Source: a virus. From it: a DNA stretch of 42,979 nt. Positions 38,221 to 42,979 of the stretch are shown piece by piece (position 1 is the first letter of the stretch; each line of letters opens with the position of its first letter). Made by a program: the position numbers and the translations under genes. The notes beneath the pieces were generated by a model that did no database searches, was not told the origin of the DNA, and was given only the letters and a program-made list of their open reading frames with translations. The stretch is from positions 1 to 42,979 of IMG/VR virus record IMGVR_UViG_3300029619_000014; one strand, written 5' to 3'.

Positions 38221-38877
38221 TCACTTCCTTTTCAGCGTCGCAATATTCCCCTGAAATCCTACCTCCAGATCCAGCGCCTTTGCGATGTCTCGCACCTTGA
38301 CGTAATTCGTTCCGCCCTTGAGGATGCGGTTGACCTCGACCTTCTTTCCATCGACGATCATATAGCTCTTTTCGACCACCTCGCCCACCTCCTCGACCTG
38401 TTTTCTGAATTTCTGCAAGCCGTCGCCCTTGACCCAATACGCCGGGCACTGTTTCCCGGTCACGTCATAGTGCCGGATAATGTGGTCATAGGGGATGCCG
38501 TACTGCTTGCAAAGCTGGTACACCAGCTCCGCCGCGTTGGCGATGGTCTTGTCGGTCGCCATCACGCGCCCGTCCCGCTTCGCGTCGCACAGCTCCACGC
38601 CGATAGAATTTGCATTCCGGCAATAGGGATGCCGGTACGTCCGCGCCCCGCAGTGATACGCCACATAATCATCTGGCACGGACCGTGTGATCGAATCGTC
38701 GTCCACAAAATAGTGCGCCGATGCGACGGGATTGAGCGGCTGCTGGAAGTACCGCCCGTTTGATTCGTCCGAATCGCCGTCGTTCGCTGTGTAGTGCATC
38801 ACGATCCACTCGATCTTTTGTGTGCGTTTGCCGCCGTAATTGGAGCGGTGCGCGAGCTGCGTTTTGATCTGCACCAT
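38221..38877 (-). CDS. Endolysin: N-acetylmuramoyl-L-alanine amidase (Amidase_2/PGRP type) with a C-terminal wall-binding domain
   Basis: IVMHYTAN...AHYFVDD...YHCG...NSIGVELC...HYDVTGKQCP pattern; C-terminal Cu-amine-oxidase-N-like KVEVNRILKGGTNYVKVRDIAKALDLEV. Confidence 0.9.
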   Translation of the reverse strand: MVQIKTQLAHRSNYGGKRTQKIEWIVMHYTANDGDSDESNGRYFQQPLNPVASAHYFVDDDSITRSVPDDYVAYHCGARTYRHPYCRNANSIGVELCDAKRDGRVMATDKTIANAAELVYQLCKQYGIPYDHIIRHYDVTGKQCPAYWVKGDGLQKFRKQVEEVGEVVEKSYMIVDGKKVEVNRILKGGTNYVKVRDIAKALDLEVGFQGNIATLKRK

Positions 38878-38881
38878 AGCC

Positions 38882-38950
38882 TCACCCCCGCATCAGGAGA
38901 AACAGCATCGCACAGGCTGCCGCAAAGCACGCGATCCCCAGCCACATCAT
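38882..38950 (-). CDS. Possible 22-aa hydrophobic micro-ORF (MMWLGIACFAAACAMLFLLMRG) between holin and endolysin
   Basis: The ATG overlaps the holin stop (ATGA); hand-translated. Confidence 0.25.
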   Translation of the reverse strand: MMWLGIACFAAACAMLFLLMRG

Positions 38951-39159
38951 GCCTGCGTCCCTCCGTCCTTGTCCACGGCGTCCTGCATTTTCTGGCTCTG
39001 CGTGCCGAAGTAGAACGCGATGATGACCGCATAGATGGTCATGAAGTCTTGCGAGATCTTCCCGACGATTGCCATGTACGCGAACACCGCCGTCAGCACC
39101 AGCGTCACCAGCGACTTGACGCTCAGAAGATTCCCCAGCCGTTTCTTGATGACTTCCAT
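38947..39159 (-). CDS. Holin (70 aa, two TM segments)
   Basis: LVTLVLTAVFAYMAIVG and FMTIYAVIIAFYFG, charged C-terminus, immediately upstream of the endolysin. Confidence 0.7.
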   Translation of the reverse strand: MEVIKKRLGNLLSVKSLVTLVLTAVFAYMAIVGKISQDFMTIYAVIIAFYFGTQSQKMQDAVDKDGGTQA

Positions 39160-39408
39160 TTAATTTTCCTCCTCTACATCCTGTTTTTTTGCAAAAATGC
39201 GCTTAAACGCCAGCGAGATCAGCTCCACGCCAAACGCGCCGCCTGCGTAGACGAGCACGTCGCTGACATCCGTCGCGCCCCATTTGATGATTGCATACGT
39301 TTTTGCGGCGACCGCCCAGATGAGCACCAGCGTCAGCACCCGCAGGCAGTACAGCACGATCGTGCGCGCCATCTCCCCCTTGCGCCAGCGGCGCTTGTTG
39401 CGGATCAT
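39160..39408 (-). CDS. Second holin-like two-TM protein (82 aa)
   Basis: TIVLYCLRVLTLVLIWAVAA and VLVYAGGAFGVELISLAF. Confidence 0.6.
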   Translation of the reverse strand: MIRNKRRWRKGEMARTIVLYCLRVLTLVLIWAVAAKTYAIIKWGATDVSDVLVYAGGAFGVELISLAFKRIFAKKQDVEEEN

Positions 39409-39710
39409 GTGACGACCTCCCAGCCGTCCACCTCCTGCTTGATGTGGTCGATGAAGCTGTTGCCGCCCAGCGCCTTATATGCATTATACAGGTGCATGAA
39501 ATTCTCCAGCTCGTACTGCCGGATTTTATCCTCATCCTTGTGCTTGTAGTATGTGTGCAGCATATCCGATCGTAGCAGACACCGCACGCCTGCCTTGGAA
39601 GCCGTCACACCAAGCACTCGCTCTCGCAGCGGCTTGATGAGCGCCACCAGCAGCGCCACCACCGCCATCACGCGCGTGCAAATGTCGGCGATCACCTTCA
39701 GCGTTTCCAT
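39405..39710 (-). CDS. Membrane-anchored hypothetical protein (101 aa)
   Basis: N-terminal TM VMAVVALLVALI; coupled to the lysis genes. Confidence 0.58.
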   Translation of the reverse strand: METLKVIADICTRVMAVVALLVALIKPLRERVLGVTASKAGVRCLLRSDMLHTYYKHKDEDKIRQYELENFMHLYNAYKALGGNSFIDHIKQEVDGWEVVT

Positions 39711-39725
39711 CCCATATCTCCTCTC

Positions 39726-40079
39726 TTACTCAATCAATGTAAAATACAGACCCGCCATCTCATGCGGCAGATATTCCAGCGTGATCGTCCCTGTGCTCTC
39801 CTGTCCCGGCACGCCGCAGAGGTACAGCCCGCCGTCCTCCGGGTCGGTGTAGTACCGTCCGTAAACATACTCCATGCCGCGCTCGGCGGGTATCTGCTCA
39901 ACGCTGCTCACATCCGGCTTGTCCGTCTCCGCGTAGGTATACGGCGCGTCCGCAACGTCGATCGCCTCGGAGTATTCCGCGCCGGTCTCCACTTGCCGGA
40001 TGAGATACCCCGCATCTGAATACGTCCTATACAGCTCCACGCCGTCACTGCGCGTTTTATAGTGCTCTCTTACGATCAT
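39726..40079 (-). CDS. Hypothetical tail-fibre-associated protein (117 aa)
   Basis: ORF coupled (ATGA) to the LRR fibre gene. Confidence 0.6.
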   Translation of the reverse strand: MIVREHYKTRSDGVELYRTYSDAGYLIRQVETGAEYSEAIDVADAPYTYAETDKPDVSSVEQIPAERGMEYVYGRYYTDPEDGGLYLCGVPGQESTGTITLEYLPHEMAGLYFTLIE

Positions 40080-41473
40080 GCCGTCACCCCCTCAATGTGG
40101 TCTGCGTATGTCGCCCAGTTAGTCGCTGCTTTCCATTCGTCCACAAGCGCAGCCGGGACTTGGATTTTACAATTTGCGTTGATGTTTGTGAACGCGTTGG
40201 CGTTCGCCAATGTCGGCACAGCGGTACAGTAGGTAAAGTTGTACCAAAGAACGCCTTGACAGTTTGCAAAGGCGCTTGCACCAATGCTCGTGATGCCTGC
40301 CGGAAAGTCTATCCTGATGAGGGAATAGCAGGTCGAAGCGAAGTTGTTCGGAATTGTCGTGATGCCGCTGCCGATGACAAGCTTCTGTGCCGTCAGGCAG
40401 GTATCGAAGGTATAACCGCTTAGGCTCGTCACCGTATCGGGGATGATGATCTCGTCGATGCTCTGGCAGTTTGCCATCACATATCCTAAGATTTCGGTGA
40501 CACTGTTCGGGAAGGTGATATGCGGCAGTGAGTTGCTGTTACGGAGCAAATATCTGCCGATTTTTTTCACGCCGCTAGGAATGGAGATCATCTGCAAACT
40601 ATAATTTGCGTAAAAAGATGATACCTCGCTGATCGTGCAGTCCTTCGGCACGACAAATGCCTTGAGCGAACCACATGCTTCAAACGTATTTGCGCCTACA
40701 CTGGTCACGCTAGTCGGAACGGTGATCGTTCTAAGCTGCCCGCACTGGGTGAAGCCATATGAGCCGAGACTGCTGACGTTCTTTCCGATCTCCACTCGTT
40801 TGAGTACGCTTATGACGGCGCGCTTTGCCGGACCGTACGGACCGAGCACATTACGCACGGTCGCGTTTCTGCCGAGCGTCAGCGTGCATCCGTCTGCCAC
40901 CGCAAGCGTGATGATGTGATCGCCTGCCGTAAACTGGTGCGTGGTCTGAATCTCGCCCGTACCGGCAAAGGTCTGTGCCGCGCTGCCGTCCCCCCAATCC
41001 ACGGTCACGCCGTTTGCAACAGTCTGCAAAAAGCAAAGCGGGATAGTCCCTGTGCTCACCACGTCCGGGATGGTGATGTACAGCCTTGTTTTGCCATCGT
41101 CCGTGATGTAGTTCGCTCCAACTTGCACCTTGCGACCCAACGCCTTAATTTCCGGCAGCGTCCAATTCCATCCCTGACAGGTCAGCCCCGCGCGTGTCGG
41201 CAGGTCTGGCAGTGCCGTCTTGCCCGCCAGCTCGGCGAGCGTCCACGCGTAAAGCAGCGTGCCGTCATAGTCATAAAAGTTGATGTCGGACTCCATAGGC
41301 GGCTCAGAGGGCGTGCCGCCAGTTTGTATGTTGCCGATAGCCGTTACAAAGCCGTCCGGGTAGATAAGCTGCTCGGTTGTGCCGCCCTTCGCGCGAATGG
41401 CATTTGCGACCTTTGTCAGGTCAGTGTTGTCGGTCAGATATTCAATGATGGGGGAAGGTTCAGGTGCTGCCAT
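40076..41473 (-). CDS. BspA-type leucine-rich-repeat receptor-binding protein (465 aa)
   Basis: Repeats of the form IP.sVTsIG..aF..C.sL..i.iP (e.g. ITVPTSVTSVGANTFEACGSLKAFVVP, IIIPDTVTSLSGYTFDTCLTAQKLVIG, IDFPAGITSIGASAFANCQGV). Confidence 0.85.
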   Translation of the reverse strand: MAAPEPSPIIEYLTDNTDLTKVANAIRAKGGTTEQLIYPDGFVTAIGNIQTGGTPSEPPMESDINFYDYDGTLLYAWTLAELAGKTALPDLPTRAGLTCQGWNWTLPEIKALGRKVQVGANYITDDGKTRLYITIPDVVSTGTIPLCFLQTVANGVTVDWGDGSAAQTFAGTGEIQTTHQFTAGDHIITLAVADGCTLTLGRNATVRNVLGPYGPAKRAVISVLKRVEIGKNVSSLGSYGFTQCGQLRTITVPTSVTSVGANTFEACGSLKAFVVPKDCTISEVSSFYANYSLQMISIPSGVKKIGRYLLRNSNSLPHITFPNSVTEILGYVMANCQSIDEIIIPDTVTSLSGYTFDTCLTAQKLVIGSGITTIPNNFASTCYSLIRIDFPAGITSIGASAFANCQGVLWYNFTYCTAVPTLANANAFTNINANCKIQVPAALVDEWKAATNWATYADHIEGVTA

Positions 41474-42414
41474 CAGAATGCACCTCCATTCGCATTATCG
41501 ACCGTAGCCGCTGCCCACGCGCCATTGACTACCCGCAGGAATTTCCCGTTGTCAGCGGCGGTCACATCCGGCAGCAGCGGCACATCTGCCGCAAGGTCCT
41601 CTTTTTCGACAGACGCCTTAAAAGCGAGCGCCTTGAGATCGGCGAAGTACCGATAAATTTTGCCAAACATGGAGGACAGCTTTTCACCTGCCACAAGGTT
41701 TCTTCTCTGGCTGTAGACTGAGATGTCGCAGACCAGGCTTCTTGCGTTTCCAGTCGAGGACAGCTTGCTTTCTGCCACGGTCTGTGCTCTTAACGCGGCT
41801 GACTGTGCGCTGCTTGCGGCTGACTGTGCGCCTCTCGCCGCCGACGCCGCAGCAGTCGCCTCGTCCATCGCCTCGCCCGCCTGTGCGTCCGCATACGAAA
41901 AAATGTCCTGCGCCTTGCCCTGCGGGTCGTACACCGCAGCGGTCATATCGCCGCCGCTTCCAGCGCCGCCATCCTCACCGTCCAGAATCTCAAAGCTGTG
42001 CTCGCCTGTCGCGTCCGTCACCGTCACGGTCGTCACCTTGCCGCTCTTGGACGTCGTGATCGTCGGGGACACGCCGTTTGCTCCGGGCGCACCGTCCGCG
42101 CCGGGGTCGCCTTTATCACCCTTCGCGCCGGGGTCACCCTTTGCGCCTGTCGCGCCCGGGTCTCCCTTGTCTCCCTTTTCTCCCGGCGGTCCTACCACTC
42201 TTCCAGGATCCAGCACGGTATTGTCCGTCATCGTCAGCAGCAGATGCCCGTTCTCGTCGATCTCCGCCGCCTTCACCCCGCGCGAAACATACCCGTTGAG
42301 CAGCGGCTTGAGCGCCCCGTTTTCCACCTGCCCCGCGAGCGTCGGCGTCAGCTCTCCGTTCTGGATATACCCGTTGAGCTTCAGCACCACCTCCGGCGGA
42401 AATTCATATCTCAC
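41473..42414 (-). CDS. Collagen-like tail fibre protein (313 aa, GTG start)
   Basis: GPPGEKGDKGDPGATGAKGDPGAKGDKGDPGADGAPGANG G-X-Y run. Confidence 0.82.
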   Translation of the reverse strand: MRYEFPPEVVLKLNGYIQNGELTPTLAGQVENGALKPLLNGYVSRGVKAAEIDENGHLLLTMTDNTVLDPGRVVGPPGEKGDKGDPGATGAKGDPGAKGDKGDPGADGAPGANGVSPTITTSKSGKVTTVTVTDATGEHSFEILDGEDGGAGSGGDMTAAVYDPQGKAQDIFSYADAQAGEAMDEATAAASAARGAQSAASSAQSAALRAQTVAESKLSSTGNARSLVCDISVYSQRRNLVAGEKLSSMFGKIYRYFADLKALAFKASVEKEDLAADVPLLPDVTAADNGKFLRVVNGAWAAATVDNANGGAF

Positions 42415-42429
42415 ACCCCATCACTCCCC

Positions 42430-42795
42430 TCACTGGACCAGGCACTTATTCCCCTTTGCCAGCGTCGTTTTCCTCGCGCCAGCCTCGTCCGTGTATTCGT
42501 ATTCCACGTCGTAGGTATAGTCCCCCTCCGGGAACAGCGCCGTTGTCGCCTTGTCAAACGCCAGCGTGATTGTGTCCCCGCTGATCGTCGGGGAAAACTC
42601 CTTCACAAGCACCGTCTTTGCATCATAAAACCGTACCGTCACTGCATCGCCGGTTTTCAAATGCACCTGCTCGCCGTCCTGATCCATCAGCCCGATCTCC
42701 AAGACAATGCGAAATACATTTCCCTCATACCAGCACAGCGTCCCAAACTCAAATCGGGGCGACGGCTTTGCCGCCGGAATATCCATACTCATCAC
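42430..42795 (-). CDS. Small beta-rich structural protein (about 119-121 aa)
   Basis: GGGAGGAGGTG RBS; first gene after the promoter-like site. Confidence 0.68.
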   Translation of the reverse strand: MMSMDIPAAKPSPRFEFGTLCWYEGNVFRIVLEIGLMDQDGEQVHLKTGDAVTVRFYDAKTVLVKEFSPTISGDTITLAFDKATTALFPEGDYTYDVEYEYTDEAGARKTTLAKGNKCLVQ

Positions 42796-42804
42796 CTCCT
42801 CCCT

Positions 42805-42843
42805 ATTGTATCAGCCTCCGGCGGCAAATCTCTAGTGCACCTT
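42805..42843 (-). promoter_or_regulatory. Promoter-like site P-fibre: AAGGTGCACTAGAGATTT - 18-nt spacer from TAGAGA - TGA-TACAAT
   Basis: Motif at 42829-42841; extended -10 TGATACAAT at 42805-42813; same spacing as the 22034-22072 site; starts 3 nt after the giant ORF stop. Confidence 0.55.
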
Positions 42844-42845
42844 TG

Positions 42846-42979
42846 TCACGAATCTTCCTTGTCCCATTTCATCATGTCGTTCCACTTTTCCATGTAGCCC
42901 GCCGCGCGGTAGAACACGTTCGCCTGCCTTGCGATCTCGTTCTTTTCCTGCCGGGTCTCGGCGGCTTTGTACAGAGGCT
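42846..42979 (-). CDS. 3' end of the giant ORF (…YRAAGYMEKWNDMMKWDKEDS*); 42872-42979 duplicates 1-108
   Basis: The frame continues from position 1 across the junction; TGA at 42848-42846. Confidence 0.8.
   Translation of the reverse strand, partial: PLYKAAETRQEKNEIARQANVFYRAAGYMEKWNDMMKWDKEDS
42872..42979. repeat. Terminal direct repeat, identical to 1-108
   Basis: Exact match. Confidence 0.95.

Overview
The window is a complete, circularly closed genome (about 42.87 kb unique) of a temperate tailed phage. Bases 1-108 are repeated exactly at 42872-42979. GC content is high. Several features point to a Clostridia-type Firmicutes host (inference only, no database search): a Prp/L27-style capsid processing motif, a BspA-type LRR fibre and a Cu-amine-oxidase-like wall-binding tail on the amidase.

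Almost everything is transcribed on the minus strand. Reading 5'->3' on that strand:
- early/replication genes at 30.2->24.6 kb: HNH-like protein, 3D-domain protein, C5 DNA methyltransferase, deoxyribosyltransferase-like protein
- an HUH Rep-like gene
- packaging and head module at 22.0->15.2 kb: TerS, TerL, portal, Prp-like protease, scaffold, major capsid
- tail/fibre genes at 14.8->10.3 kb
- a 3429-aa ORF that runs from 10264 through position 1 across the circular junction to a stop at 42846; the supplied ORF track misses it entirely
- a second fibre module at 42.8->39.7 kb (collagen-like and LRR proteins)
- the lysis cassette at 39.7->38.2 kb, followed by small regulators down to 35.2 kb

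The plus strand carries two islands. One is a lower-GC lysogeny island at 30.2-35.2 kb, with an XRE repressor, moron-like membrane proteins, a tyrosine integrase, and an attP with a tRNA 3'-end core and arm repeats. The other is a small operon with its own promoter at 23.4-24.5 kb.

The long plus-strand ORFs in the track over 0-22 kb are antisense shadows of minus-strand genes.

Most interesting observations:
1. Seven same-orientation copies of a ~50-65-nt two-hairpin element with compensatory stem changes. Five sit in frame inside three unrelated genes.
2. The dcm gene contains a 699-nt nested ORF in another frame with its own Shine-Dalgarno sequence. Canonical methyltransferase motifs are split between the two frames.
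3. The giant polyvalent ORF itself.
4. A 13-nt motif that precedes three minus-strand units. At two of them it forms identically spaced promoter-like sites.
5. An acr-aca-like operon.
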